This document shows, one piece after another, positions 17,694 through 29,500 of a DNA stretch of 64,000 bases (positions are counted from its first letter, which is position 1; each line of letters starts with the position of its first letter). This DNA is from Candidatus Cloacimonadales bacterium (GTDB lineage Bacteria > Cloacimonadota > Cloacimonadia > Cloacimonadales > JAIOQZ01). Under the pieces are notes generated by a model. That model was not told the DNA's origin, searched no databases, and saw only the letters and a list, made by a program, of their open reading frames with translations. The position numbers and the translations under genes are program-made. The stretch is from positions 1,344,001-1,408,000 of the forward strand of contig CAXXTU010000002.1 of the NCBI GenBank assembly GCA_963662655.2, read 5' to 3'.

Positions 17694-19700
17694 ATGAAAA
17701 AAGCAGGTCTTTTACTCGCTTGTTTGCTATGCGCATTCGCCATTTCGGCAATGGACCACCTGAACGAGCTGAACATCATCCTCTTCGATACGTCGATGAG
17801 CATGCAGGGGATCGGTGACGGAGCCGGAATCGATATCTTCGACAAGGAGAAAGAGGCGGCGATTTTCCTCGTGGAGCACGTGCCGGACAACAGCTATCTC
17901 ATGGTCATGCCGTTCAACGAGGACATCGACAAAAACATGTTCAAGGCGCGCGTCGCAGGCGATGTGGAACGCATCCAGGCCGCGGACTACATCCATTATC
18001 TCGATGCGAAAGGAATGCAGACATCCCTGACACGCTCTGTTCAATCCGCGGTACAGGCAAGTGATCTCGCGGTTACGATGGAGCGATTCATCCCGGAATA
18101 CGCCAACCTGTACATCTTCTCGGACGGCAAGGGAAACGACGCACTCGACCGCGACATTACAAACCTGATCAAGGCCATTACCATCGACGACCCGCTCATT
18201 CCGCCCCTCAACACCCAAATCATCGCGATCGGCAATATATTCTCCGAAGAAGAGATGGAAGCCCTCGCCCAGGCAAACGCCCGGGTGCTCTCCTTCGACC
18301 GGGAGCATTTCAAGAAAATCAACATCTACGTTACCAGCCTCGGTTCCTACTCTCTCGGCACCGTCATCTACCAGATGATGAAGCTGGAAACCAATCGCGA
18401 AATGATCGGCAAGCAGATCGATCTGGGCGTCGTCGTTAAGGAATTCGAGGATATCGTGATCCCTATAATCCTCGAGAAAGCGGTTGAGCTCAACACGAAA
18501 GAACTGCTCGACAGGAAGGGATTCAAGATCGGAAACCGGGAAAGCTCCACAACCGTCCACGAGGCGATCCGGACTCGTTTCGCAATCATCGACAGTCTCT
18601 ACGACACCCAAGTCGTCGCGCTGCTTGATTCCGTAGACGCGCCATCGCTTCTGGCATGCTTCACCGCACTAGATTCCCTGATAGAGGACGAAATCAAGCT
18701 CAATCTCAAGACTCTGGAAAACCTGGCGAACTACCAGGCGGTGGGGCTGGACACGCTTTTCGCCAAGCCGAAAAAGATCACCATCAACCGAGCGACAGTG
18801 GTCGACACCATCGCTTTCAACGTTGCCGAGTACCGCACGTTCATCGATAGCCTATACGGAGTCGACCTGCAAAAACTGGGCCTCGATCAGCTCCATACGT
18901 CGCTTCAGTTCTCGGTAGATGTCCGTGAGACAACCGGGCACGAATCCGCAATCTTCCCGGGAGACGAGATCGAATACCTTACAAGAGTCGGAGACGACAC
19001 GTTCGTCCCCCTGCAACCCGAACTGGGTAAAAAGAAGCACAAGACGAGATTCACCGTCGAGGTTGGATTCCGGAAAATTGTCATCTACCTCGCTGTTCTT
19101 CTGCTGGGAGCTGTCGTGACGATCATGCTGTATCTCTGGTCGCGTTCGGCGCATGTGAGAACAACGCGCGATTATAAATACGTCGATGTCACGTCCTACC
19201 TCGAGGATGCGCCGGAAACGATCGATCTCCAGAAAACGATCGACGATATCCTGAAGAAGGAAAAAGCTCTGCTGCAGAACATCCGCGTGCAACGTCATTA
19301 CGCCCACAGCAAGCTGCCGCAGGTAACCGCCATTAAAACCGCCGCCAATTACGTACTGGGAGAACTGATCCGCAACGCCGGAGACGCCCTCTCCTCTGCG
19401 GACGATTCCCGCCTGGTCATAAAAATCGGTGAGGACATAAAGTCCGTGAAGGTATTGATTCAGGATAACGGTATCGGCGTTCCGGAAGACATGAGAACGA
19501 ACGTTTTCCGCAAGAAGTTCTCGATCAAGGGCAGAGAAGGGGCCGGCTTGATCAAGTGTCATAAAATCATGAAGTGCATGAACGGAAGTTTGATCTACAA
19601 GCCGATCACCCGGCTCGAGACGGACACGGTCACCAGGTCACACAAGGTGATCGATAACGGCTCGTTGTTCATTGCCGAGTTTTCCCGTAACGGCAAATAG
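17694..19700 (+). CDS. Membrane sensor: extracytoplasmic vWA domain, TM helix, HATPase_c domain
   Basis: MIDAS FDTSMSM and IFSDG; TM near residue 465; ELIRNA, DNGIG, GAGL boxes; no clear H-box. Confidence 0.7.
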   Translation: MKKAGLLLACLLCAFAISAMDHLNELNIILFDTSMSMQGIGDGAGIDIFDKEKEAAIFLVEHVPDNSYLMVMPFNEDIDKNMFKARVAGDVERIQAADYIHYLDAKGMQTSLTRSVQSAVQASDLAVTMERFIPEYANLYIFSDGKGNDALDRDITNLIKAITIDDPLIPPLNTQIIAIGNIFSEEEMEALAQANARVLSFDREHFKKINIYVTSLGSYSLGTVIYQMMKLETNREMIGKQIDLGVVVKEFEDIVIPIILEKAVELNTKELLDRKGFKIGNRESSTTVHEAIRTRFAIIDSLYDTQVVALLDSVDAPSLLACFTALDSLIEDEIKLNLKTLENLANYQAVGLDTLFAKPKKITINRATVVDTIAFNVAEYRTFIDSLYGVDLQKLGLDQLHTSLQFSVDVRETTGHESAIFPGDEIEYLTRVGDDTFVPLQPELGKKKHKTRFTVEVGFRKIVIYLAVLLLGAVVTIMLYLWSRSAHVRTTRDYKYVDVTSYLEDAPETIDLQKTIDDILKKEKALLQNIRVQRHYAHSKLPQVTAIKTAANYVLGELIRNAGDALSSADDSRLVIKIGEDIKSVKVLIQDNGIGVPEDMRTNVFRKKFSIKGREGAGLIKCHKIMKCMNGSLIYKPITRLETDTVTRSHKVIDNGSLFIAEFSRNGK

Positions 19701-19810
19701 TTACACGACCGCTCAAGATTTTCTGTGATCGTAATTGACAGGATCATGCCACCGTGTAAATATTGAATATTATATGTGAAGTTGAAGAAAAATCAGGCAG
19801 GAGAATACGT

Positions 19811-20272
19811 ATGAGAGTCTTTGAAGGCAATTTGAACGCTGAAGGAATCAAGCTCGGCATCGTTGTGAGCAGATTCAATGAATTCATCAACAAGAAGCTG
19901 TTGGAAGGCGCGCTGGATTGCCTCAAGCGCCACGGAGCGTCGGAAGAGGATATCGATATCGCCTGGGTTCCGGGCTCGTTTGAAATCCCTCTCACAGCGC
20001 ATAAGATGGCACAAAGCAAGAAATATGACACCATCGTGTGTCTGGGCACCGTTATCCGCGGTTCCACACCGCACTTCGATTACGTAAGCGCCGAGGTTAG
20101 CAAAGGCATTGCCAATGTGGGATTGAATACCGGCGTCCCGGTGGTTTTCGGCGTGCTTACGACCGACACCATCGAACAGGCCATCGAGCGCGCGGGAACC
20201 AAGATCGGCAACAAAGGCTGGGACGCAGCGCTTTCGTCCATCGAACTCGTAAACCTTTATCGGGGAATGTAG
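19811..20272 (+). CDS. ribH: 6,7-dimethyl-8-ribityllumazine synthase
   Basis: [31 protein letters not shown]. Confidence 0.97.
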   Translation: MRVFEGNLNAEGIKLGIVVSRFNEFINKKLLEGALDCLKRHGASEEDIDIAWVPGSFEIPLTAHKMAQSKKYDTIVCLGTVIRGSTPHFDYVSAEVSKGIANVGLNTGVPVVFGVLTTDTIEQAIERAGTKIGNKGWDAALSSIELVNLYRGM

Positions 20273-20273
20273 A

Positions 20274-20738
20274 ATGGGAATGAGGCGTAAAGGCAGGGAA
20301 CTTGCCGTTCAGACAATCTATTCGCTCGATTTTTCAGATACGGACGAATACCTCGGCATGATGGAGTGGATCGGCAAGTATAGCGAATACCTCGACTACA
20401 TCGCCGAGAATTCAAGTATCGTGCAGGATAGTACAATATACACTTTCGCGGACGACCTGGTACAAAAGGTCATCCGCAATATCGACGCTGTCGATAGCGC
20501 CATCAAGGATAAAGCCGTAAACTGGTCCTTCGAGCGCATCGCAGCGATGGACAAGAACATCATGCGCATCGCGGTAGCGGAAATCCTGTTCACGGATACA
20601 CCTTCCCCCATCATCATAAACGAAGCGATCGAGATCGCGAAGAAATTCAGCTCGGAAAACTCCGGCAAGTTCATCAACGGTATCTTGAACACCATAGCAA
20701 AAGAAAATGAAGAACCCCAGGAAGAAAATAACGTGTAG
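20274..20738 (+). CDS. nusB: Transcription antitermination factor NusB
   Basis: RRKGRELAVQ, INEAIEIAKKF, FINGIL; follows ribH. Confidence 0.95.
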   Translation: MGMRRKGRELAVQTIYSLDFSDTDEYLGMMEWIGKYSEYLDYIAENSSIVQDSTIYTFADDLVQKVIRNIDAVDSAIKDKAVNWSFERIAAMDKNIMRIAVAEILFTDTPSPIIINEAIEIAKKFSSENSGKFINGILNTIAKENEEPQEENNV

Positions 20739-21612
20739 CATCGGCGTCATCGTTTACAACGAGGCCGAAAACATCGGGAAGCTGCTCACGAGCCTGACGA
20801 AGCAAAAGACTTCCGTTGCCGACATCAAAGAAATCATCGTCGTGTCCAGCGCATGCACGGACGGCACGGACGATATCGTCGAGGCCTTCAACGATCCTCG
20901 TGTCCATCTGATCAAAGAACCGCAACGGCGCGGGAAATCGTCCGCCATCAACAATTTCCTCAAGAAGGCAACGGGCGATATCCTCATCGTGGAAAGCGGC
21001 GACACCCTCCCGGGGAAATCCACCGTGGAGAAGATGGTACGTGCCTTTCTTGATCCAACCATAGGAATGGTGGGAGGAAGACCCGTTCCCGAGAACACCG
21101 TACGGACGTTTGTCGGCTACAGCGTGAACCTGCTGTGGAAATTGCACCATCGCATGGCGCTGGTCTCTCCCAAACTCGGCGAGATGATCGCGTTCCGCAA
21201 TATCGTGAAGGAGATTCCGGAGAAAAGCGCGGTGGATGAAGCCAGCATCGAGGCGATCGTACTCTCGCAGGGCCTCAAGCTCCGCTACATCCCGGACGCG
21301 ATTATTCATAACAAAGGCCCCGAGAACCTCCCGGATTTCATCAAGCAGCGCCGCAGAATCGCCACCGGGCATCTCTGGCTCAAGAAGACCCAAAACTATA
21401 CCGTGATATCGCAAAACTCCGGTCTGCTGGCATCGCTGGCTTTCAAAGAGCTTTGCCATCACCCCCATCGCGCGTTCCATCTTACAGGAACCGTATTGCT
21501 GGAGATTTATTGCCGATTCCTGGGCTGGTACGACTTCGTCGTGCTCAAGAAGAATCCCTTCACCTGGGACATCGCAAAATCCACCAAGAAACTGGATAAA
21601 CAGGTTATATAA
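20707..21612 (+). CDS. Glycosyltransferase family 2
   Basis: YNEAENI, CTDGT, GKSSAIN, QRRRI. Confidence 0.85.
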   Translation: MKNPRKKITCSIGVIVYNEAENIGKLLTSLTKQKTSVADIKEIIVVSSACTDGTDDIVEAFNDPRVHLIKEPQRRGKSSAINNFLKKATGDILIVESGDTLPGKSTVEKMVRAFLDPTIGMVGGRPVPENTVRTFVGYSVNLLWKLHHRMALVSPKLGEMIAFRNIVKEIPEKSAVDEASIEAIVLSQGLKLRYIPDAIIHNKGPENLPDFIKQRRRIATGHLWLKKTQNYTVISQNSGLLASLAFKELCHHPHRAFHLTGTVLLEIYCRFLGWYDFVVLKKNPFTWDIAKSTKKLDKQVI

Positions 21613-22694
21613 TGCTGAGCATCATCCCTCGAATTTTACTCTACAAAATGTCATATTCATTGGGCTTCCCTCGTATGATGCCCATGAACTACACCGTTAG
21701 CCTCACCTATGCGTGCAATTCGCGCTGCATGACATGCAACATCTACGAAAAGAAAGCCGACAACCTTCGTCTGGAGGAATACGATAAGATTTTCAGGAAG
21801 ATCGGGAGATCCCCGTACTGGGTTACGCTCAGCGGTGGAGAACCGTTCCTGCGAAAGGATATCGTGGATATCTGCAAGCTGATATACAATCGCTCGCGAC
21901 CTGCGATCATCAATATCCCCAGCAACGGAATCCTCACGGAGAAGATCGTCAACGCTGTTTGGGATATCGCCGCGTATAGCCGTAAATCAAGGATCGTCAT
22001 CAACCTCTCTATCGATGGTATCGGCGAGCAACATAACCGCATCCGAAACGTCCCGGACAATTACGATAAAGTCATGGCGACCTACAACGCCCTCAGGGAG
22101 CTCAATCTGGAGAACCTCTCCATTGGGATTCATACGGTCATCTCCAAGTTCAATGTCGATTCCTTCGCATCGATCGCCAATACACTGCTTGAGCTCAAGC
22201 CGGACTCCTACATTACGGAAATCGCGGAAGAGCGCGTGGAGCTGGATACCGTGGGGCAGGAGATCACACCGAATCCTCTGGAGTATCGCTCCGCCATCGA
22301 TTTCCTGATTCACCGCATCAAGAACCGGGATTTCAAGGGACTCAGCAAAATCACACAGGCGTTCCGCATCGAGTACTACAACCTCGTGAAGCAGATCCTT
22401 CGCGATAAGACGCAGGTAATACCCTGTTACGCCGGAATCACATCCGTGCAGATCGCACCGGACGGCGACGTGTGGTCGTGCTGCATCAAAGCGGAAAGCA
22501 TGGGAAACCTGCGCGATTTCAATTACAACTTCCGTCGCATCTGGAAATCCAAGGAAATGGATAGAGAACGCAGATCAATCAAGCGGAAAGAATGCTATTG
22601 TCCGCTCGCCAACGCAGCCTACACGAACATGCTGATGGACATCCCCACATTGATGCGCGTATTCTACAGAAGCTTCATACACTGGTGGAACTAA
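21612..22694 (+). CDS. Radical SAM/SPASM-domain protein
   Basis: CNSRCMTC, SGGEPFLR, C-terminal CYAG...GDVWSCC. Confidence 0.9.
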   Translation: MLSIIPRILLYKMSYSLGFPRMMPMNYTVSLTYACNSRCMTCNIYEKKADNLRLEEYDKIFRKIGRSPYWVTLSGGEPFLRKDIVDICKLIYNRSRPAIINIPSNGILTEKIVNAVWDIAAYSRKSRIVINLSIDGIGEQHNRIRNVPDNYDKVMATYNALRELNLENLSIGIHTVISKFNVDSFASIANTLLELKPDSYITEIAEERVELDTVGQEITPNPLEYRSAIDFLIHRIKNRDFKGLSKITQAFRIEYYNLVKQILRDKTQVIPCYAGITSVQIAPDGDVWSCCIKAESMGNLRDFNYNFRRIWKSKEMDRERRSIKRKECYCPLANAAYTNMLMDIPTLMRVFYRSFIHWWN

Positions 22695-22699
22695 CCGAC

Positions 22700-24190
22700 A
22701 TGTTGAACATTCAATCGCTTTCCAAGAACGCACAGCAGCAGTTCACTTTTTCGGATTTCTTCAGCCATCGAAGAAACAATTTTCTCCTGATGACCGAGAG
22801 CTACGATCATCTCCCCTTCTACGACGATATCAATCGCTCGATCCTCCAGCAGATCCTTTCACTTGGATTCGATCAGGGCAAGAGCATCGCCGACCACGAT
22901 CTTCAGGAGCTGTTCCGTCAAATCAACTGGCAAGTGAACGCAACCCTGAAGAAGAGCCCCGTAAACATGGAGGGGAAAAGCCTCGAAACAGGCATCTCAC
23001 TCCTGTTCGTGCTGTTCCGCGAGAATCGCCTTACCGTCGTGCAGTTCGGGAGAATTCTGTGCGGGACCATCAGCGCAACCGAGAAAGTTGAGATCGGACA
23101 CCCCTGGGAGAATTTTTCTGTCAAATCCCGCGATGCTCTGAACCTGTTGGGGTATGTTGACGATAATATCCCGGTGAAGATACACAACATTGCGCTTGAA
23201 CCCGGGCAAAATTTTGTCGCATTCTCGTCGCGACACGCAGCGAGAATCGGCCAGACAGGTCTGAAGCCGAGGCTGTGGAAGATCCTCTTCAAAGAATTGA
23301 ACGACGATTCGCCTTTCCTGCACTGCCTGATCGAAAATCCAATGAAGCCCGATTACCGAATCAGCTTTTTCCGCCGCCTCAAACCGTTCCAGATTACCGC
23401 CGGCATCCTCACCGTCATCATTCTGGTAACCGCCGCATACTGGTTCTGGGGTAGAAACGAAGTGGAAACGCAACTCATCTCCCTGAAAGAGCGTTACCGC
23501 GAGCTGGAACGCAATCAGGATCCGCAAAAAGCACCTGAATTACTCGGAAACCTGATCCAGTCGGTGTTCCCCACAGCGGACTCGGCAAGCATCAAGGAAA
23601 TCGAGCAGAACATCCGCGAGACGATGGAGATAACCAATCGTCTTGTCAAGGGCCCCATCGATCAGATCGGCTTGATTCGCGAGTGGTCGCGCCCAATGGA
23701 AGGGAAATCCGGCATCGTCCCGAAGTTCGATTCGAAGGCCATCTATTACGGATACAAAAACAACGTTTGTGCAATCGACAAGAGCACGCGCAAAGAGCTC
23801 TGGAAATACGAGGCGGACTCTTCTGTGGAACAGATTCTCCTGACCGATGCGAACCGTCTCCTCGTTGCGACAATGAGTGGAAAGTTATTCTCTTTGAAGC
23901 GCGTAGGGGGAGACATGGAGTGGGTTGCCACCAACGTTACCATTCAACGTGAAGTCACGTCTTTCCCGATACAGCTCAACTATATAAAGGATCGCAGGCT
24001 TCTTTCCAGCGTACTCCTGTTCCCGGAGGGAGATGACCTGTTAGCACTTGAGTCTCGAGACGGCAAAGAGATTGCCAAGCTCGAACTGACATCCGATTCG
24101 ATTCAAATCAGCGAGTACGATATCCTCGAGAAGTGCTGGTATATCGTCGAAGGGAGCAAACTTTCCAAAATCAGGTTTGATGTATTCTGA
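22700..24190 (+). CDS. Membrane protein: degenerate PP2C-like N-terminal domain, TM helix, PQQ-like beta-propeller
   Basis: GISLLFVLF..NRLTVVQFG (PP2C-like); TM; AIDKSTRKELWKY and SLKRVGGDMEW repeats. Confidence 0.5.
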   Translation: MLNIQSLSKNAQQQFTFSDFFSHRRNNFLLMTESYDHLPFYDDINRSILQQILSLGFDQGKSIADHDLQELFRQINWQVNATLKKSPVNMEGKSLETGISLLFVLFRENRLTVVQFGRILCGTISATEKVEIGHPWENFSVKSRDALNLLGYVDDNIPVKIHNIALEPGQNFVAFSSRHAARIGQTGLKPRLWKILFKELNDDSPFLHCLIENPMKPDYRISFFRRLKPFQITAGILTVIILVTAAYWFWGRNEVETQLISLKERYRELERNQDPQKAPELLGNLIQSVFPTADSASIKEIEQNIRETMEITNRLVKGPIDQIGLIREWSRPMEGKSGIVPKFDSKAIYYGYKNNVCAIDKSTRKELWKYEADSSVEQILLTDANRLLVATMSGKLFSLKRVGGDMEWVATNVTIQREVTSFPIQLNYIKDRRLLSSVLLFPEGDDLLALESRDGKEIAKLELTSDSIQISEYDILEKCWYIVEGSKLSKIRFDVF

Positions 24191-24204
24191 CAATGAGGTG
24201 AGAA

Positions 24205-24432
24205 ATGAAAAAGCAGAGGACCCAATTGTACATTCAGCTACTCACGTTGTTTATCGGATTCATTTTTCTCTGCGTCGTGTATCTGGCGCTGACGGATATC
24301 TGGCACGGCGAAGAACCCGATCTCAAGGGGGAATGGGACATCGTTCAGATCGGAATCAAGATTATCGGCGGCAGTATTCTGATATCAATTGTGATCAGCG
24401 TCGTCAATCTGTTCCGGAAAAAACAGGGGTGA
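24205..24432 (+). CDS. Small two-TM membrane protein
   Basis: GAGGTG SD; two hydrophobic helices around LALTDIWHGEE. Confidence 0.7.
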   Translation: MKKQRTQLYIQLLTLFIGFIFLCVVYLALTDIWHGEEPDLKGEWDIVQIGIKIIGGSILISIVISVVNLFRKKQG

Positions 24433-24539
24433 TCTTCGAATTTCTTGTCGCGATGCGATCGAATTTCCAATTTACTTGACAAATCGATTCCATGAATTTG
24501 AGTATAATAAAAACACACAGAATAATCAAAAAGGATTGT

Positions 24540-26093
24540 ATGATGACAAAACGTTTATTGATTTTCCTCATTCTTCTGCTTCCGTTATTCATTGCAGCTC
24601 AGGAGATTGACTCCACGTCCGTTAGCGCTACCGCGAGCACGGGCTTTGGATTCGGCGGAGCATTCGGTAGCATGACGATGAACGGTAAAACCTACGCGCA
24701 AATCCGGCTGATGCCGGAACTGGTTTTCGGAAAATTCGGTATCGGCCTGGACGCGGATATTCTGATCGATGAAGAAGGAAACATCCGTGAAGAAGACTGG
24801 GACGAGTGGGAAGACTACGTGAACAAGGTCTATTATATCCGCTACGGACAGCGTGGCGATAAGTTCTATGGCAGAATCGGTGGCTTCAAGAGCTATACGC
24901 TCGGCCATGGACTCATCATGAGCAATTACACGAACATGCTCCTCTACCCCGAGTATCGCCAGATCGGTCTGCAACTCGGTGGAACGTACCCCGGCGAACT
25001 CTTCGAGCTCGAAGTATTCACTTCAAACGTGCTGGAGAACGACATCCTCGCCGGCAGGGTTGCCGTAAAACCTTTAAGCAAGATGCCGCTTCCGATTCTC
25101 AATAACTTGAAGATCGGCGTCTCGGCAGTTACTGATCGCGATCAGTACAAAGGCTTGCTGGATGACGACGACGACAATTACGCCAATGAGTTCGACGATT
25201 TCCCATACGACGAAGACAAGCACAATCTTGTGGACGAACCGGATGAAGTGGCATACCAGATGGAAATCTATCAGGAAATCCACGGCGACACGCTGGGATT
25301 CCATCAGTGGTTCTGGGACGATTCCCAGGCTATCGAGAGCCGTAGAAATCGATCCCTTGACGATTTCGAGGAAGACGATGTGACTGTGTTCGGCCTCGAT
25401 TACGAACTTCCGCTCATCGAGCTTCCAAAGTTCTATCTTTCAAACTACGGTGAATACGCTCAGATCGTCGATCACGAGTGGGGCTTCATTTTCCCGGGTT
25501 TCTACATGAAATTCCTCATCTTCAACATGAACCTCGAGTATCGTTACTATCACGAGGACTTCGAGCCTTCATTCTTCGACAACCTGTACGATGAGAACCG
25601 CGTAAGCGTTTATACGATCCAGGATACGGTGAATGGTGCAACGGAGGTCACTGCAGTTACGAAGGAAGAGACGCTTTCCCGTAATCCTGAAATGCAGGGC
25701 TGGTATGGCAGCATTACCGCCAATCTCTTCAATACAATCTATCTCACGGTTGCGTACGAGGATATGTACACGGATGTGAAAGACGAAGATGCAGACAACT
25801 GGAACACGCACAACAAGTCGATCTGGGGTAAACTGTCCCTTGCTCAGACCGTGATTCCGCAACTGAAGGAACTCTCCGTGGCGTATCAGCAAACCCGCGT
25901 TGAAGAGGTGCTGAAGGAGTGGAAAACACCTTCCACGCTGATAACCGGGACAGCCGTTTATGGTATGGCCGCCAACACGAATCTCGTGGTGAAATACCAG
26001 GAGCGTTATGTGGATTACGATGGAAACGGTGAGATCAAGGGCGAAGACGAGACCATCAAGACGATGGCTTTCGGCGTTGAGTTCCGTTTCTAA
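24540..26093 (+). CDS. Outer-membrane beta-barrel-like protein with acidic Ca-binding-like loops
   Basis: Signal peptide, alternating beta-strands, C-terminal Phe (GVEFRF), DxDxDG-like loops. Confidence 0.65.
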   Translation: MMTKRLLIFLILLLPLFIAAQEIDSTSVSATASTGFGFGGAFGSMTMNGKTYAQIRLMPELVFGKFGIGLDADILIDEEGNIREEDWDEWEDYVNKVYYIRYGQRGDKFYGRIGGFKSYTLGHGLIMSNYTNMLLYPEYRQIGLQLGGTYPGELFELEVFTSNVLENDILAGRVAVKPLSKMPLPILNNLKIGVSAVTDRDQYKGLLDDDDDNYANEFDDFPYDEDKHNLVDEPDEVAYQMEIYQEIHGDTLGFHQWFWDDSQAIESRRNRSLDDFEEDDVTVFGLDYELPLIELPKFYLSNYGEYAQIVDHEWGFIFPGFYMKFLIFNMNLEYRYYHEDFEPSFFDNLYDENRVSVYTIQDTVNGATEVTAVTKEETLSRNPEMQGWYGSITANLFNTIYLTVAYEDMYTDVKDEDADNWNTHNKSIWGKLSLAQTVIPQLKELSVAYQQTRVEEVLKEWKTPSTLITGTAVYGMAANTNLVVKYQERYVDYDGNGEIKGEDETIKTMAFGVEFRF

Positions 26094-26111
26094 TCGACAG
26101 TTGTTTTAATT

Positions 26112-26139
26112 AAAGCCGGCATAACCTGCCGGCTTTTTT
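26112..26139 (+). terminator. Rho-independent terminator
   Basis: AAAGCCGGCA-TAACC-TGCCGGCTTTTTT. Confidence 0.85.
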
Positions 26140-26168
26140 GCGCTCTTCGATTCACCTCAGCAATCCCC

Positions 26169-26333
26169 GCGCGGCGCGGCGTGGAATCCCCCACATCCCA
26201 ACAGGATATTCACATTCATTCTCTTTAGCAGACGTAGAGTATCCTGTTGGGATTCCGGGAGGGATTCCTGGTAAGTTGCGAATGCACCGCATTCGCAACT
26301 TACCGTGTGCGAGGCACACACGCCGCGCCGTGC
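26169..26333 (+). repeat. Four-way-junction structured repeat, copy B
   Basis: P1 26169-82/26320-33, P2 GGAATCCC/GGGATTCC, P3 26270-85/26289-304, P4 GTGTGC-GAG-GCACAC. Confidence 0.8.
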
Positions 26334-26516
26334 TTGTGTTCCAGCTCAATTCATCGAGGAGATTTCTCGTTTTCGAGGTTGAATTATTCAAGTTTGAACG
26401 GCGGACAAATCGAGAAAATTGAGGAATCATAAAAAAAAAGCTTTACAAGCTACATACGGGATATAGTGTAATAGGTTTTGCGTATTGATACGTATAATAA
26501 TCCAATGGAGGTTACG

Positions 26517-29500
26517 ATGATAAAGAAAATGATCCCTCTTTTATGTCTGATGAGTCTGGTCATCGGCTTGAACGCCTTTACGCCGATCATTGACGGAACG
26601 AAGGATGCGGAGTGGGGCGAAACACCCACTGAAGGTACCTTTACAACAATGCAGCCAACGAACTTCAATCTTGAAGGCGGCTGCTACGTTACCGATGACT
26701 CAAACTATATCTACTTCGGTATTCCAACCGATGTCGACCCGTGGGGTGACGGTAATTCGATCCACTTCCATCTTTCGATCGACATTCGCAATACTGCCGC
26801 AGGCGGTACCGGCGACGCGTGGGGAAGCCAGGTACATTATGGACAAACCTATCTTCCCGACTTCGATATTATTTGCCAGTGGAACGACACCGCTCCGACT
26901 CCCGGTTACACCGGTTTCATGACTTGGAACGGCACCGGCTGGGATCAAGTTCAGCTCGATCCGGCCAACATCGCCGGTGGCGGCGGCGCGTTCACAGAAA
27001 TCGCCATCCCCAGAAGCATGCTCGACAACATCGACTTGAACGATGATATCAACGTATCGCTCTGGCAGCGCCCGGCCTGGAACAAGAACAACGCCAACGC
27101 GTGCTGCCCCGCAGACGCGTCTTTCCCGTCCGATTATGGCGACGGAGCAGGTGGTACTCAAACCACCCAGTTTGCATACACCGTATCTACCCAGCTTGCC
27201 GATACGACGGCTCCGCGCATGTCTTCGGCCGTGCAGACCGCTCCAGACATGGTTCGCGTTACGTTCAACGAACCAATGGGTAGCGGCGCACAGGCAGCCG
27301 GAAACTATTCTATCGACAACGGCGCGACCATCAACAACGTATCCATGATCTCATCGAGCGTCTACGATCTTACCGTCGGCGGACTGGTGGCAGGTACGGA
27401 GTACGAACTGACAGCAAGCTCGGCGATCATGGACGCATCGGGCAATCCGATCGATCCTTCTTACAACAGCGATACATTCACAGCCAGCGCTTACACCGAT
27501 GTGACCTTCACAATCAACGACAACAGCCGCATTTACGAAGACATCAACGTTAAAGGCAGCTTCGACGAGTGGACGCTTCATCAGGCTTACGACGATGGAA
27601 CAAACGGCGACCCTACCGCGGGTGACCACTCCTGGACCTGCGTTGTGACAAACGTAGCCGAAGGTAGCTGGGAATGGGGCGCGATCGAAGACGACGGTTC
27701 CGAATACGGAATCTGGCTCATCGATGGCCCGAACCTTCAATTTGCCATAGACAACACCGGCGCGATCACGGGCGATACATCCTACGACATCGCCGGCGGC
27801 ATCGCACAGGATGTGGAAGTCACTTTCCGCGTAAACATCGGTGGTCTCGAGGTCGATAATATCTCGATCCAGGGAAGCGTTCTTCCGCTCAACTGGACGC
27901 CGGGAAGCAATCTCCTGACAGACGTAGATAACGATAAAGTCTATGAAACAACGATTACTTTTCCCACCGGAAGCAATTTCGACGTCGACTACAAATTCAC
28001 GCGTGAAATTGCCTCCGAGCGCGAATGGCTTTGGGAAGATGTCGAAAACCGCACGTTCACCATAGACGACACGCAATCGAGCATGACGCTCGATACGGTC
28101 TACTGGAACAATCAGCAGGTTAACGAGCTGACCGCAGTATCATTCCTGGACAACACCGCATCGGAGTACACCAACTTCGCTAACGGCGATGAATTGGGAG
28201 CCGGCAGCAGCATCGATATCGAAGCGATCACCGAAGGCGCTGACCTGAACGGCAACTCCGGATTCGGTCTCACGCTTCGCTACCGTGTAAACCAGGGCCT
28301 GGAACAGTCCAAAGCATTCACCTGGCAGACCAACACCGATACAACTTCCTTCTGGCGCGTATCGATCCCTTCGGAAGACCTCGATGAAGGCGACGAAGTT
28401 CTCTTCCGTATTACCGGTACCGACTACAATGGCCCGGTCGTGGAAGACAACAACGGCGGTCAGAACTATAGCGTATCCATCGGTACATCGGGAACCCAGC
28501 AGGATGTGGATGTCACGTTCACATTCAATCTGGGAAGCTCCGACGCAACGCAGGTTGGTATCGTCGGAACCGTTCAGCCGCTTGGAGAATCGGGCGCTGA
28601 CAACCTGATGGTTGACGACAACGGCGACAAGATTTTCACCAAGACCGTTACATTCCCAGCAGGAAGCCCCTACTCGGTTTCATACAACTACGCCCGTTAC
28701 ATGGCTGAAGAACGCTCATGGCAAATCGAGCCGAGCATCTCCAGAAGCTTCAACCTGGACGACGTGACCGGCACGATGGACCTGGGCGTCGAATACTGGG
28801 AGGGCGTCGCAGTTTCCGAGCTGACAGATGTATTCTTCCTCGACAGCGGTACTTCGGTTTATTCGAACTTCGTTAGCGGCGGCTCGGTCGAAGTCGACAA
28901 CAACATCCAGATCGAAGCGCAGGTCGCAGGCGAGGATGTCAACGCGAACTCGAACTTCCAGGTCACCCTTTACTACCATGTGAACTCCGGCGAGCTTCAG
29001 TCCAAATCATTCGGCTGGGCGAGCAACTATGAAGGAAACTCGTGGTGGCACGTGATGCTCGAGAACGGTGTCGACGTGAGCAACGGCGATGACGTCAGCT
29101 TCTACATCGAAGCATCCGATTACAACGGTCCGGTCATAACCGACAACAATGAAGGCAGCTCCTACACGGTCAGCGTACTCGGAGAAACCACTTCGCAGGA
29201 TGTTACCGTGACTTTCTCCATCAACATTGGCGCGTTGAACGCAGACAGCATCTCGGTTCAGGGTAGCGTCGCTCCTCTCGACTGGTTTGGCGGTTCGATG
29301 CCGATGAACGACGATGACGGCGACTGCACCTACACCGTTGACGTGTTCTTCCCTGCGGGATCTCCGTTCACCGTACAATACAAGTTTACCCGCCTGACGA
29401 CCTCCCTCCGCGAATGGGCGTGGGAATACGTCGGCAACCGCAGCTTCCAGATCGACGACTCCGAATCGACACAGGTTCTGGAACTCGACTACTGGAACCT

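Noticed and set aside
24476..24508. TTGACA...TATAAT promoter
   Set aside because: The spacer is 21 nt, too long for the two hexamers to form one sigma70 promoter.
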